NCBI GenBank assembly: GCA_964187785.1
Contig: OZ076412.1
Coordinates: 17,608,001 to 17,672,000 of the forward strand
DNA from: Amphiscolops sp. MND2022
Lineage: Eukaryota
Direction: 5' to 3'
Length of the DNA stretch: 64,000 bases
Below the pieces are notes generated by a model that was not told where the DNA came from, did no database searches, and worked only from the letters and a program-made list of their open reading frames with translations. This document shows positions 12,149 to 26,307 of this stretch, piece by piece. Position numbers and translations under genes: made by a program. Every line of letters starts with the position of its first letter. Position 1 is the first letter of the stretch.

Positions 12149-15100
12149 TGTGATAAGTCCAAAAACGTGATGGAAAAAATGATCTCATTGGAGGCTTTGG
12201 TGGAAACAATTTGAGGACGGCCGGTTGCAGTGTTTGGGTGAAAAACCTCAAGACAACAAGAAGCGGGGCAGATTTCCAGTGAGAAGATGGAGTGGGATTG
12301 ATGTATTGCTCAGTCCAAAGAGTCTGGAGTTGAAGAACACGAAGCAGCTAGCAGCTGAGAGAGCTCATTGAACAGATACAGTCCTTTCGAATGTTTTTTC
12401 CTGCTATTGGCTGGAGAATCGGGATGTATCAGTGTATCAGGGAGCGGAAGAAAGCTCAATTCCGCTGTAAGATTTGAGCTTTGAGCAGCTGATACATTTG
12501 GTCCGCCGTCCGGGACACTATATTGTTCGGAAAAGTGGATTGGGAAACCCGCGAGGTAATAGCGGAGATCGATATAACATGGTTCAAAGACAAGAAGAGG
12601 TTGAAGGACCTGCAGAAGTCATGTGATCTTGCTAAATGGAAGCGCTGACGTTGATGCCTTAGATGATATTTTCAGCAACTTGAAAGAGATTGTCTCAACA
12701 AATCAATTCAGCAACAAAACTGACAGGATTCCAGATACCAATCTCGTCCTCTTGGGGAAATTCTAAAGTGATATTTCCACTGAAAAGCAGGAATTTATGG
12801 ACTTGGTGACATCCATCACGTCCATGTTTAAAAGAAAGGCACAGGAGGAGCATTTAGCTCAGCAAAAAAGAATTCTTTATGGACTGGAGCAGTAGAGCTA
12901 TGGACGACAAACAGCGCTGCCTTCAAATGTATTGTCAAAAAATCAGAGCTGCTCATATCGAAAGAATATTTTGTGGAATAGGGGAAGTTGGAAGACAAAC
13001 AGCGAAACTTTCTTCAATCTCAAGCGGAGATGAAACGACAGATAAATGCTTTGATTGGACAAAGGGACTGAGTGGTTGTTAAAGATACAGCAACTCCTTC
13101 AATGATTTACTCAAAGACTAGAGGAACATAGTATGCTTCGTCAACAGAATTGACGACTCATCAAACCTCTTTCGCCTCTTTGCGCACTTTGCAAAATGAT
13201 TAACCTGATGAGCGAACGCAGGAGAAAGATCTATTTGGCTGGCTGAGATACTTGAACGAACGAGAGCAGCAAACTGCCAAAGATGGAACCAAACAACAGG
13301 TTCGTCAAAATTTTGAAGATCACTGCACCGGTGGCATCGAGGAACGGTGAAGAACGCGTCAAAATTGTGGCCACAACAACGATACTGTGAGACCATGAAA
13401 ATGAAGACACTGGGAGCGTTGCCTGACCGAAAACTGCTGGAACCAATGGAGGAACTCCAGCACAGGACGCTCCCGAAAAGAATAGCAACTCTAATGTAGT
13501 GGTAGCTGAACTCAGCGTTGTATCCCTCGAAAAAAAAAGGTATCGCAGAACGGCCAGAAGATATAACTGGCAGATCCTGAAAACTATTAGGAGATAGGTC
13601 GAGATCAGAAAGAGGCAGCAGGAGATACAGCTGAAACTGAGGCAAAGCGAGCTGGAAACGGAACTGGAACGGAAGGAGCGAGAGATGGAATTGGCAAAAG
13701 CAACAGAGGCACTAGATCTGGAAGAGATGACACGCAGGAAATGCTTCATCCGAAAACGAAAACGATGGCAATAATGGAACGAGCTTCATTGAATTACAGC
13801 ACTTGCAGTAAAGATCATTCTGTGGCTGAAAAAATTGCGACTACAAAAGATTGGAATAACTCGACGGAAAAAAAACGGAACCTATTTGTGAAGAGTGAAG
13901 ATAATGGCACATCACAACACTTCAACGCTGACCAACAGTGTTATCAAAGAGTCATTGTTGCCCGCACAACGAACGACGCCAAAAAGAAAACGATTAAAAT
14001 CAACCCCGAAAAAATTTTTGTACCGCAAACAATCTCGACGCCCGCTGCGAGCAACAGCCTAAAAAACAATGACAACGCAATCAACCGTTAACAACGACAC
14101 CATTGAAAAATTTTCCAGCAGTAATTTCACCATTGAAACTACCTATAATGGATTTGGACAAGTTCTCTGACAATCCTCCCGAGTGGCCTGCGTGGTCGGG
14201 AATGTCTCCAGCAGCTGTGGACTAAGCTGCACTACCGGACTGTTTCAAAATGAACTACTTGGAACCCCTTGTCACGTGAAGAGCGAAAGTATTACTAGAC
14301 AGTGGTGGATTGTTTCAAGTGGCTAGGGCAAGATTTTCGTCGACCAGAATTTTTTGTCAATGCACAACTGGAAAGAAAAAAGATTAAAACCTACAGTTTC
14401 ATCAAACGCCACGATTCACTTGACATCATACAGTTTTCGCAAATGGTTTCTGGATGTGTCAATCTTTTGACTCAATATGGGTATGAGAGTGACATTGCTT
14501 CGGAGTCAGTGCTTAACAATGCAGTAACTAATCTACCAATCGGGACGAACAACAAATGGCTGTTTTACCTGCAACGATTTGACATACCAGTGCATGAGGG
14601 TGTTCACCACCTGGTTGAAAAATTTTTCTGAGGTACAAGAGAACATCGGCTGACAGTTTGGAAATGCAAGTGACAAGAAAAAACCAACAACAATTGGAGA
14701 CAAACCGCAGATAACCAGACCCAGTTTTGCTTTTACGATAGACTTCTCAACCAAAGACAAACTTTCGTGTCCATTGAAATATGAAAAACTCAAGTTGTGG
14801 CAATGTGAATCTTTCTGAAATATGAATTGACTGAACGATACGAAACGGCGAAGAATTGCAACTGGTGCTTATCTCTGTTTTTTTTTGTGGAATCAATGGC
14901 ACGAAAGAAATGCAAAGCGATAAAGTCAAGTTGCAAATCACAACTACAATAGCTGGAAAAACTGTTTTGTTCCATGTGCATCCAAGCATGTTTCTGGGCA
15001 ACAAGTCACACGATTGTCTATTTATCAAACATTATTACGAACATCTAGATGTCCTACCCAATGCAAGTTTCGATTTGAGCAAAGTCAGAGTGATTCTTGA

Positions 15101-18100
15101 GAAAGATAACTACCGTTCGCTCTGTCCAGTGGAATAAAAGAAAGTACACGGAATTAAACCCAGGCGGTTAAGAAATGAACTGCAGTGGACGCTCAGTGGC
15201 CCGCTACCGAAACCTGAAGTGGCAAATACTGCATCATCTACGAGTCATCTTGAAAATTATTTACTGAGCTCACAGCTGAAGTCGTGTTTCAGTATTCACA
15301 CGCGACGAGAGCGAATGTGACGGTCAGAGAACGGTCAAGATAAAAGAACTCTAGCGCAGTTGGAACAAACAACTAAGTTGGTTTATGATAGATATGAAGT
15401 CGGCGTAACAAGAGAACCCGAAGATCGAAAATACCAACTTAGTGGTGGGGTTCATTTTCAGTTCCGGGAGCATCCAATTGCCCTTCCAGCTAACATAGAA
15501 TCGATGTACTTGCGAGTGAAAGTGCCACCACAAGACTGCAAGGTGCTAAGTTTTGTATGGAGAAATTACGCGGATGATCCGATCACTGAGTATGAAAATA
15601 CTCAGCACATTTTTGGAGCAAAGAGTAGCATAAGTTGTGCGAATTCTGCGCTGCAGAGAAATGCGCAGGACAACGGAACGCAGCACCCAAGTGCCCGCAA
15701 AAATCATCCAGATGAGATTATACACGGACGACACTGCAAAATCAGTAAAGACTGAAGAAGAAGAAGCGTGTTTTGTCGACCAAGTTGTGAGAGACATTGA
15801 AGTTCGGAGGGTTCAATTTGTTGAAAGAGATACGCAACAATGAAACTGTGTATAATTCGACTTGAAAAAAATAGATCAGACGCAGTCGGCAAGGCGTTTG
15901 AGGCAGAGCCGCCCACCTCTTCGCTTTGGCGACTTCAATGGAAAGTTGAAGCGAACGAACTTGAAGTTTATTGTGGAGCTGACAAAGAAGTATCACTCAG
16001 AGAGCAGTACTCTTCTTCGTAGCTTTTGTATTCGGCCAACTTGGACGATTTGCACCTTTTACAATGAGAATGAGGATGTTGCTGAAGTCGATTTGGGCAA
16101 AGACAGGTAAAAAATGATATCGAGAAACTGAATTTGAGATCAACAACTTTTTTGATCATGGGCTAACGATTTGAATCAATTGCCAGCCTCTCCACTGAGA
16201 CGCAGATACTTCATGAATCCAATTAGCAAAGTACACGCGAACATCTTTCCAGAAGCCTCCTTCGAATCAATATGCATTATTGCCTACGTGAGGGTTTTGA
16301 CCACAAACGAATCAAAAGTTTTATTTGTGACTGGAACGTGCCGAATAGACGCAATGAAACAACAAAATATACCCAAGCTGGAGCTGCAAGCGATCTTGTA
16401 CTCGGTGAGACTTACGCAGTTGATAGAGAAAGAACATGACATCAAAATGAATTCAGTGAAACACTGGACGGATTCAATGACAGGGCTGAGGTGGCTTCTT
16501 GCAGCTCATAAGAAGCAACAAGTGTTCTTCGCTAACAGAGTCATGAAAAACTTGATCAATCAACTGTAGACGAATGATGACATGTCAAAGACTCCATGAA
16601 CCCTGCGGATATTAGAACTCGAGGTGTCACCCTTAAACAATTGCGAAAAAGTGAGTGGCTAAAGTGGCCGGCCTGGTTGCAAGATGAACTGGAGAACTGG
16701 CCAGAGCAGCTGTTAGTCGAGAACGAGGAGAAACAAGAATGGACCATAGCTGCCACGTAGAGTATTCTTGATTGGATTAGGTTCAACCAAATCATGCGAT
16801 TACTCAATATGCTAGCTACCGTCGAATAGGAAAAAAACAGACAGGACCCTTGATGCCTGATGCCTGGTGAGCTACAATCAGCAGAAAGGACGATCTTGCA
16901 ACTCTCACAGAGGGAGAGCTACACTGAGCTGTTTCACAAGCTCATCGAAAGTGGTGTAAAGGTCATCAAGAATGCCTTGGGAAAACTGTGTCCTTTCCCA
17001 GACAAGCATGGCACGATTAGGCTGAAAAGACGGCCGAACAAGCTAATGCTTCTCGATGATAAGCTCACGTGGATAAGCTCACCATGAAGGAACTGAGCAT
17101 GTAAAAAACATACTCCAACACCAATACTGGATCACTGGACTCAGAAACGCTTTGGGACGTATCAAATAAAGCTGTTTACAATATCGAAAAACTGCTTCAT
17201 TGCCGTTTCAACTTCGCATGGCAGACTTGCCCAAGGAGCGAGTGCTGCAGAATGTATACCCTTTCAGCAACAGAGGGGTCAACTACTTCGAAGTTAGCGT
17301 CTTCAGGAAGACAGCCTAGTGCTGGTGCTGTCTCTTCATTTGCCTAGTCACTAGATCGGTTCACATCAATGTCGTGAACGGCTTAGACACAGACGCGTGC
17401 ACAATCGAAAATTCTCGGTTCAAGGCAAGGAGAAGCAAGGCATTGAATTTCATCAGTGAAAACTGTACCAACTTTGTTGGAGCTGCACGGGAGTTCTAAG
17501 AATGCTCAAGCGAAAGGAATCAGTATACTATTTCGGAAAGTCTTGCAAAGCAGCGCGTCGTTTGACAATTCGATTCCCTGCAGCGCCTCTTTTCGGTGCT
17601 ATATGGTAGCGACATGTAAGAAGTTGCAGAAGGTCTATGGTTGCAATATTGAGGTTTTTGTTTCTCTGGCGGATAACTTGACGTGATTTCATTTGAACTT
17701 GACATCGCGGTGCTAATATCGAACTGCCCGATTTTTGTTCGATGTTTGTTCACATAGTATGTTGGCACCAGAGTTTCAGAAATTTAAACATATTTTCTAG
17801 TTGGAAATTTGAGTTCCAAAACTTGCCAAATCACCTGAAACTCATAAGTGGAATTCTCTAACCTGAGCTGTTGTGAATTTTGAACTCAACTCATCAATTT
17901 GGTTTTGGCGCTTAATGTTTGGTTTAAAGTTCATTGTACTTTGAGTCCATTCGAATGGTCGCAAGATTTGAATCAAATCTCATTTTTTCAACCTATTTGT
18001 CAAATTGCCGTTCATTTTGCAGTTTCTTCCATTAATTTACCTAATTACTGAAAACTTGGATAAATCTTCCAAAGTGGAGGTGTGAAAAGTAAATTTGGAT

Positions 18101-18345
18101 GATTCACTTTTGCTACTTAAATATCCTGTGAATTTCAAGGTTATCAATTGCACATCCACTGAGTAGAGTATACATTTGACCAATTTTGATATCATACTCA
18201 GACCGGGAATAAAAGTATTCTTGATACCTAAATGCCCTTGACAGCTGTTGAGTAGCTTCTCCGGTCCCAGTTCAGACATGTTGTGACTGGGAGGGTAGCA
18301 TAGCACTGCTCAACGATCAAAAACAAACGAAACGATCAGCTGTTT
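12149..18345 (+). mobile_element. Degenerate BEL/Pao LTR retrotransposon
   Basis: LTR-like 12149-12496 (TGT...ACA) is followed by PBS-like TGGTCCGCCGTCCGGG (12499). Gag coiled coil and DUF1759-like region ~13600-14630, CCHC knuckles ~14760-14880, RT remnant ~15350-15800, Pao RNase H (IPKLELQA, HWTDS, NPADIxTRG, WLxxP) 16171-16750, integrase remnants (CLFxCLVTRxVH, SxNxTNFVGAAREx) ~17260-17640. A second diverged LTR starts at 18081. Confidence 0.85.
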
Positions 18346-19720
18346 TAGGAGTCCCAATCAACCAGAAAGTTCTCTTGATAGAGCATTATTAGGCTTGGTA
18401 GGTCTAATGTAGACAATGTTTTTGGTTTGATTGAAGTTTTTTCTTGATCATCTCGCTATCACATGGTGTACTTTTTTCAATAGCTTCTGAGTATGTCCGT
18501 CTTTTCCGATAGTTTCAGTGAAAACTTTGCAAATATCGAAATGCACCGAGGATGGACTTCAATTCCTTTCTGTTGTTCACTGGTTTATAATAAGTATTGC
18601 TTCAATTTTTTCTTTATTTTCCAGTTTGAAAGAGATTTGATCAATTTCGTGTCCGAGTCATTTTGTATTTACTCACCTTGCTCGCAATCCGGCTCTAGCC
18701 AGTTTAGATAACACATCAGATATTTACGTCTGTTGTTCTTGTTCATAACTGCGTGTTACTACTATAATGTCAACCAGTCAGGCCGGTGCACTGTACTTTC
18801 ATGTTTTCTATGTTTTTCTTGAACGAAACTTTGTTTGTATATCGTCTAGTGCGTGAAGTGCCCTAATTGAATCCATAGTATCCACTGAATTTTTCACCTA
18901 TTATTTCAAACACGCATCATCGACTTGTTTCTTTGGATATTTTCATTGCTCCCTATGTGCGATATATACCGGTTTCTGAAAGAAATATTTGTGCTGTTCG
19001 GTTTTTGGCAACCTCCACCGATATTTGGATAAGTAGTTTCTCCAAGTTCTGCATATGGGGTCTTCGTTCTAGACAGACGTCATTCAATTTTTCGGAGCTC
19101 AATTCTTTCTTTTAAAATTTTAGTAGTGGTGTTATATGCGTTCTCTTGGTATCAGTGTTTCCATCTTTTGCTTGTTGTTTTGAAATTCGACGTCTACAGG
19201 TAATTTTCCCCGAAATTTTACTGCTTCCTAGTGTACAACTTGGTAACAATTAGTGTTTTCTGGATTTAGGCTTCTTTCGTCTGGTGGCATGGTTGTAATG
19301 GAAGAGCCGATAGCTCGAATAACAACTCTTGCTTTGATTCCGTTCGCTTTGCTTTAATTGCCGCTGTGTAATGCTACTGTCTGTATTCGATCAATCGTCT
19401 TTATTTCTTCTTTGTAGTTTGTACGTTCGTCTAGCTTGCTCATTGATTCGTTCGATTGGTTTGGTTCTTATTCGTTGACCCTTTTAACCCCAATGTTCGT
19501 TCTTTGTTTGGATGCTCTTGCTTAATGGTTGTTCTTGCAGTGTGATTCTAATGCGGGACATTTATGTGAAGGACTCCACTTTGCTTCCGGGTTCGTTACA
19601 TTAATTCTGCCATTACCGTTTAGGCCCCCAATGTCAATTCTTGCTTCGTTCTGTGCATGTGCGTCAAATGCTTTGCCTTCAGCTACGCTGTTAGTAGACA
19701 ACCTTCATTTGCTACTACCC
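18340..19720 (-). pseudogene. Ty3/Gypsy reverse transcriptase and start of RNase H, degenerate
   Basis: Minus-strand frames give RPHMQNLEKLLIQIS, CVFEIIGEKFSGYY, KELKSILGAFRY and LSEKTDILR, colinear with Gypsy RT. Probably the upstream part of the element whose integrase lies at 9.6-11.8 kb. Confidence 0.7.
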
Positions 19721-21309
19721 CACCTCCTATGTGACAAAAAAAAACGAAAAGCATCAAGTTCTGCAAACTTTGAAGTTTCGAAAGATTTTTCTGCTACTAC
19801 TTCAATACAATTTCGAAATAATCCAATAGTTCTCAATCAGCCAAAACTAAAGCTCTTGTTTAACCTAAATCAATTCCACAAGCCTTGAAAAACGCCAATT
19901 TTTGGATATGTCCGAACGGTATATATGTATAGCCGAACGGTAACAACGCAGAATAATATTATAGCAGAAACGAATCGAACTCCTAGCTGTGATTTGTCGG
20001 TTCGTTTGACAGTGAGCTTTGGATGATGAAACTATTAAGTAACTTCGCAACCGATAAGGGTGAATGAAAGCCAAGGCTGTAAACTGCTGGTTTTGTTGTC
20101 CAAATATTTGTTTTCATCAAGCTCGTTCGGTTATACAAACAGATACCCAACTTTTTTCCAGGAAAACTTCTCCAGGAAACAACAGAGTTGAAAAAATGTC
20201 AGGGGACTTTTTAGATCCATACAGCTTGTATATCAGATGAGAAAATAATTAAAAGCGGAGCCAAAACTAATTTATAAATTCCTTATTACCTGTAGAAGTA
20301 GTAGAAAAATTGTGAGGCAAAATTATCAAGTGACTCAGAATGTTACTCACGTTAAAATGCTACTCACAGAACCATTATGACCAGAAATTCACTCGCAAAG
20401 TCGCAATCGGAGAATTCATACTGTTTACCATAGGCATTTGTTGTTATATTCTACCAGAGCTTGTGTCTCTACAAAAGATAGCTTGTCACTTCAGAAAAGG
20501 GCCCTTGATAATTCTCGAAAACACTGGGACATAAAAAAATATGCTGTTTCTCATGCTTTTTTGTTTGTAGCTAATTTTTGTTCAGTTTTTCAATAATGTA
20601 TCGATATAGACATTTAAAATAGCAACTTTTTATATCTATCCAACAAGTTTCGAAATGTGATTCTTCGGACATTCAATAAAACTGATTTCTCATTTTCAAG
20701 CGCACGACATGGATCCCAAAATGAAACGTTGGTCTGTTTATCAAAACTTTTCCATATATGAGACATTATTTGTATTATTTGCAATGAAATAAATTGTTAA
20801 TGCTATTGATAATGCTAATGAAGATCAACATTAAAATTTTATTTCAATACAGACAATCATCCGATTCGTTAACGGAATCTTGTCCAAGTTTTTTTTCCGA
20901 ATTAGAAAAACTGGCGTGGATATGACTATTACAAACATAATTTTTATTTTCCGCCACATAGAATGGGGTGGGGAAATCATAATATGTGCTGCGTTTTTTT
21001 TCCAAATTCTGCCAAATTTCCACTTAATCACTCCATTTAGTAAATTCCAGTCATTTTCCAGTCACCAGTGCTGATGCGTTACAATTTTATCGGAAAATAT
21101 TCCGGTGCTTAGCGGGCGTCTTGTCAAATACAACTCGTAGACCCAAGGCACAACTAGTAGAGTCAAAAGACTTATTTGTGTCTTCAATCGAGTGTGTAAT
21201 TTTATCATTCGATGAAATAAAACGTCTTTTTCTAAACCAAAAAAAAATCATACCCAATCATATCCGTTTACGGAAGATCGAAAGTTGTTTTTTTTTGGAA
21301 AAATTCTAG

Positions 21310-21537
21310 ACGGTTAGCCAAGAATGTGATCTGTACAACGTGGGGGCTATGGGCTACGAAGCAGAGGCTGTGAACACCATGGATTGTGCTGGCAACCCCC
21401 ATGAGCCAATCAGCTCCGACCGGAAGTGGTATGTCCGGACAACTGGACCAGATGCATCCACAGTGGATTGCGAAAAGCTGCAAGCCAACTCAAACATCAC
21501 TCTGATCTGTAAAATCCTCTTCCCAGAATTCTCTTAG
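21310..21537 (+). CDS. Possible isolated terminal exon of a Cys-containing (C-type-lectin-like?) protein
   Basis: T-rich tract plus TTCTAG acceptor at 21309, then an open phase-0 frame TVSQECDLYNVG...DCAG...WYVRTT...VDCEKL...LICKILFPEFS*. Upstream exons not convincingly found. Confidence 0.3.
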   Translation, partial: TVSQECDLYNVGAMGYEAEAVNTMDCAGNPHEPISSDRKWYVRTTGPDASTVDCEKLQANSNITLICKILFPEFS

Positions 21538-21630
21538 ACTCTGTTTCTGCTAAACAACACCCGACCCCTACTGATCAAGATATAAATTTAGTTTGCCTAG
21601 TTTCGTTCGTCTATGAAATAACGGCATAAC

Positions 21631-22493
21631 GACAACTCATATCAGGCGACAACTCATGTCAATTTGAACAAGACGAGAACGCCTCAAGTCGGCGCTATAT
21701 CTAAGGCTCAAAAAGCGCAAAACATTTTTTTTGGAAAAAAAACTTGAAATTTTCGAAAAAAAATTTCTTTCGGAAAATGTCGGACAGTGCCGAAAAATGT
21801 AAAAGGGGGACCCTTTTTGATTTATAAACACGCATTCTGTAGCAAAATAACAAAAAACTCAAAGGGGGGACCCTTTGGGGACATTGAAAAAAATTCGAAA
21901 AAAAATCTCACAGCGCCGAAAAAAAATCGAAAGGGGGGGGGGGTACGAAACTTTAGTCCCGTCCGGGCTTGTATGTAACGTTTAAAAAGTGAATGAATGC
22001 GCTCCCCGTTTGCCTTTAGCGGTCCAGTAGTTTAGTACTTATTTAGTGGTTGAACGTTAATTTTAACGTTCGTCGCTTCGAGTCTGTCTTAAATAAAAAA
22101 AACGAGTGACTGTAATAGTCGGGCTTTTTTCTTAAGAAAAACGCCGACTAAAAACCGACAACTCAGATCAAGGGATATTTCATATCAATTATGAGAAAGC
22201 GACAACTCATATTAAGTTTGCCAAAAAGTTACAACTACCTAATTTTTTTTCAAAAACAAATTGTTGACAAAATATTTAATTGCAATTTTAAATTCCAAAA
22301 TTACACTGATAATTATCATGAACTCTTTTTACTATTTTGTAATTACTTATAAATTATCCAATTTTCTCTAACTATCTATTGAATTATTTGAAATAAATTT
22401 TCTTTATTAGATTTTAATTTTCTGATATGAGTTTTTTTGGTATAACTTATCTCTTGATATGAGTTGTCACGTTTTCAAATTGATATGAGTGTC
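21631..22493. mobile_element. Non-autonomous DNA element/MITE-like with inverted subterminal motifs
   Basis: GACAACTCATATC-type motifs at 21631, 21648, ~22157 and ~22200 face inverted GATATGAGTTGTC-type motifs at ~22425, 22456 and 22482; contains the dispersed repeat at 21689-21960. Confidence 0.5.
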
Positions 22494-23895
22494 GCAGCCC
22501 CCGCAGTGCTGCGACACTCTAAACACAAGAGGAACGCCAGAAGAAGAAAGCGGAGAAGCTGACCAGGAAAGGACAGGCAAATCGTCATAAAACCTGAAAT
22601 GAAAACAGCCAAAAAACAATCATTGATATTATCAACTAATTTTATTAAAGTACAACTAATAATATTAACACCATTGTGCAGTACCTGAAATACATACATA
22701 TGTAAATAGTTATATATTAATAAGTGCAGTTTTTGTTTACAGTCAAATAGACAACAGCGCGTTGACTGAATTTAATTATCAGCCAGCACGCTGAAAGCAA
22801 CTAATATTGTTCGTTTCTAACAATCAACCAATCAGGGTCGAGCGCAATTTTGCTGGCTACATGTGAGGCAACCTCCCGAGCTGCATACCAGTCGACCAAA
22901 ACTGGGACGCACGCCCAGTCGCTCGACCGAATATTTAAAGTGTGAATGTAATTAAAGGGTGCTCAATCTGATTCTAATAATATTCCAAAGCCTGAAAGAA
23001 GCTTATTTCGAGAGGAAATACCGAATGTAAACCAAAGGTATGACATTAATGATGATTTAACGCGATGATTGTAAATTTGTTGTTATTAAAACTGAGTCAA
23101 CTGCCCAGGCTATCGACCTAAAGCTTCTGTCTAGGTCGACAACAAGGACAATCAACCAGTTGAAATAATTGAATGACCCCACCATTTTGTTGTTGACTAC
23201 TGATTTGATTATGCTTCCTATTGAGTGCTATTGCGCTATACTGAATATATCCATGATGTTCCAGCGTAATTCGACCATGTAGTGCAATGGTACTTAGAAT
23301 TTGATTTGAGTCAACCGCTTGGATGACTGACATGCAAACGATGCATAAATTACATTCCACTCAAATCATGAGTGAAACTATTCGAAGAAACAATTAGGTT
23401 ATGAACCTTAAGAGTTGCCTAATTCATATCTGTTATTTGTTGCTGTTCATTGTATTTATTTCAACCCCAACCCCCTATACTATAATTTGAGTCATCACTG
23501 TAGTCAGCAATCTGAATTTTGTCATCCAATGCAATCGCCTGGCATATTACCAGAATTTGTTCAGTTGATCTTGTCCAGTTACTTGGCGCTTAGCTAAGTG
23601 TTAATTCACTTTATTGAGTGCTGTTTTATCATCCATCTTTGTTGTAAATTCGTATTTTCAACAAAGAAAAATTTTTGCTTTTTCCCGCTTCAGTAGCTAT
23701 GTTCATGAATTTCAGTGTCAAAATTGGTTCGTTGGTTCGGCGTCTTGAAAAGGCGGGCAATGAGGAGAAAGGGACGCGAAATTGGGAAACGGCAGAAAGT
23801 AGATTCCTTACGTTTTCTTAAAAGTGGGATGAACCCGACTGCCGAATCCCGAGGAAACCTACCTTATTCGGATTTCCCTGCTTCGGAAAGGAAGC

Positions 23896-25605
23896 TGTGA
23901 TAATCCTCCTCATCGGATTCTTCGGTTGAATGTATTATTACTTCTACGTCAGGTTTACTTTGGAATGATAGTCTTGCAGGATGTTTTGAGTCCTTCATTT
24001 TTGAAGCTCTGAGAGCTAATCATCATTTTTAGAATCTGAATTTTTGTTATTAGATGCGCGAACTCCTACAGATTTATCTATCCTTGGTCCCGAAGGTTGT
24101 GGGTCTTGTATTTCATTAGCATCTGACCTCGGGTTTGTTACTGTTGATACACTGTTACTGTATTTTAGCTCTTTCAAAATTGCTTATAGTTTATTGTCCA
24201 TTTCCTCTCTCATTTTTTCAATTTTTTCGGTTTTTTTTCCGTTAAAAAATCTGTGTACACATTTGTATCTCATCGCTAATTTGACTGGGGTCTCTTAGCT
24301 GGTTTTCCAAATTAGATTCACCTAAAATTTCCTAAACATTCAGATTAGAATTAGTTAAAGTTATATTACCTGTTTATGGAGAATCAACTCTGGTTTCACT
24401 TGCTTCTATGTCGGGAGAAGGGGTTGCTAGTCTCCTCGACCTTCGGTTTTTCTTCTTTCTCATTTCGCTCAGTAAAAAACAAGTTAAGTTGTGTTTGCTG
24501 GGGAAGAATATGAATTATCTTTTCAGATTGGAAATCCAATTTTTGGAAAAAAAATGAAAACAGCAGAAATAAAAGCAAAAGTTTGAAAAAAAATATATCA
24601 ACTGCTCTTGATGGGAGTTATTTTGTTCTGTCCTTCCTCTCTGAAGATCTTTTTTTCCCAAATTACAAAAGAATGACAAGCAATTTTACAAATGTCATCG
24701 AATCCTGGAAACCGAAAAATATAATAACGTCAACTTTACGTAATTCTGTTTATATCGCTTCCACAAGGACTTAAATAAGACTAAATGGTCAAGAGACCCT
24801 GGGAAAACACTGCAATTTTACATATTTAACACTACAAAAGCTGTTTGATGATGAAAACTACATCAAATTCAAATACTGCACTTTTGGCTGAAAAACGTAT
24901 AACACCGCACATACGTTATATCTTGTACTGTATAATGGCGTATAACGCGTATGAACATTATATTCAAAAGTGAACAATAAAACAAGTATGTTATAGTTCA
25001 ATCCGCATGGTAACTTGCAGTTTTGCTACGAAAAGCGTATGTGGCGTCGTATGTTCGCCGCTGTTCAAACCGCATAACAATTTATGCAGGTTATGCAGGT
25101 AGTGATGAAAAGTATGTTATCGCATATGCTGGACATCTAAACACGCATGGTGACAAATATTCAAAAAATGTATGATAATGCATCCTCAAAAGATCATATT
25201 ACGGTTAATGACGTATATTCGCAAGGTCATTTTACGTATAATGACGCATTTTTGGAACTTGTAAATCGTTCCTTGATGCTCATTCGTTCATCTAAATGCA
25301 GTATTGTTACGTATAATGGAAATCAAAAAACTTAGATTGATCATACTTATGTAATCCATGTAACAAAAAACCACGTGTTATGTTAATGAATGGGGTTCAA
25401 ATGAGCAAAAACAACTTTAGAGGACCTAGAAAACAGTCCAAAATCAAATTCATTAATAAAAATGAACAAAAAAATTACACGACAAGACAAAACATCATTA
25501 AGATGAGTTTTAATGGCGTTTAAAGTGTTTGTTTTTTGAGTATCTTCATACGTTCCTTTTTCTATAGCTGCACTACGGAACCATCACATCTCGAGGGATG
25601 CGACA
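23896..25605 (-). mobile_element. LTR (~1.7 kb) of the same family as 52914-55708, inverted, with a decayed gag N-terminal ORF inside
   Basis: Termini TGTCGCATCC... and ...GATTATCACA on the minus strand align with the ends of 52914-55708. Shared internal TATTATGCGG-type repeats and the EKMREEMDNK coding block. Flanks GAAGC/GTCCC are not a TSD. Confidence 0.75.
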
Positions 25606-26307
25606 GTCCCGCATTTTTAAAAAGGAACAAGGCTGCTTCGAGACCAGAATGCTCTCTCTTAACCTGTTTCACCTTCGTTTTCTGTAGCCACCAGATACTC
25701 TCCCAGCGTCTCTAGAGCGATTTGATCGTAACATTTCCGCAGAGATCGCAGTGACCCGCAACATTTGCCATTATTGTGGATACGAGTCGGATACTTTGTT
25801 TTTCGTGCGTGGGTATGGGTAGAAAATTCCTACTATGAGTGGTGTTATAGAAAAACCCAAATGTACCGTGGCCGTTGGTTCAAACATTCCAGTATTGCTC
25901 TACCTACAAATAGCACGTCCTACTGAAGCAGTGTGAACTGAGATAGGTCAACCCTGAGATCGTGAGTTCTTCAAAAAACCGTTTACGACACGCAGAAGCG
26001 AAGACACTGAAATAGTGTTTTCTCTCTCAATAGTACCAATGTCACTTGAGTGCAAAAACAGTTGCATTCACGCACACTCCAACCTAAAGGCGCCGTGCAA
26101 GAGCCAAAACGCCTGTAAGGGTACTCCACGAGACTTAGATTTTGAACGCAGCGCGTCTCGAAACAGAACAGAAAGAATAGTAGCATTTAGAATTGTGAAG
26201 AACTGTGCTTCCCCTGATCGTGCAACGATCTGATTAGTAAAACTCTCTTGTTAGCAAGTGTCCTCGCATCTACTCACCCCCAAGGTCTATTTTCCAACAT
26301 CCCTTTT

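Noticed and set aside
13118-13749. Long minus-strand ORFs (175 aa, 172 aa)
   Set aside because: Antisense shadows of the BEL gag region; no independent motifs.
23000-23890. Possible decayed coding sequence (RT-like?) on the minus strand
   Set aside because: Composition hints at old coding DNA, but no motif could be assigned with confidence.
23896-25605. Treating this LTR as the 5' LTR of the giant Gypsy element
   Set aside because: Its family orientation (from the embedded ORF and the 52914-55708 copy) is minus, opposite to the element, and no PBS follows it on either side.
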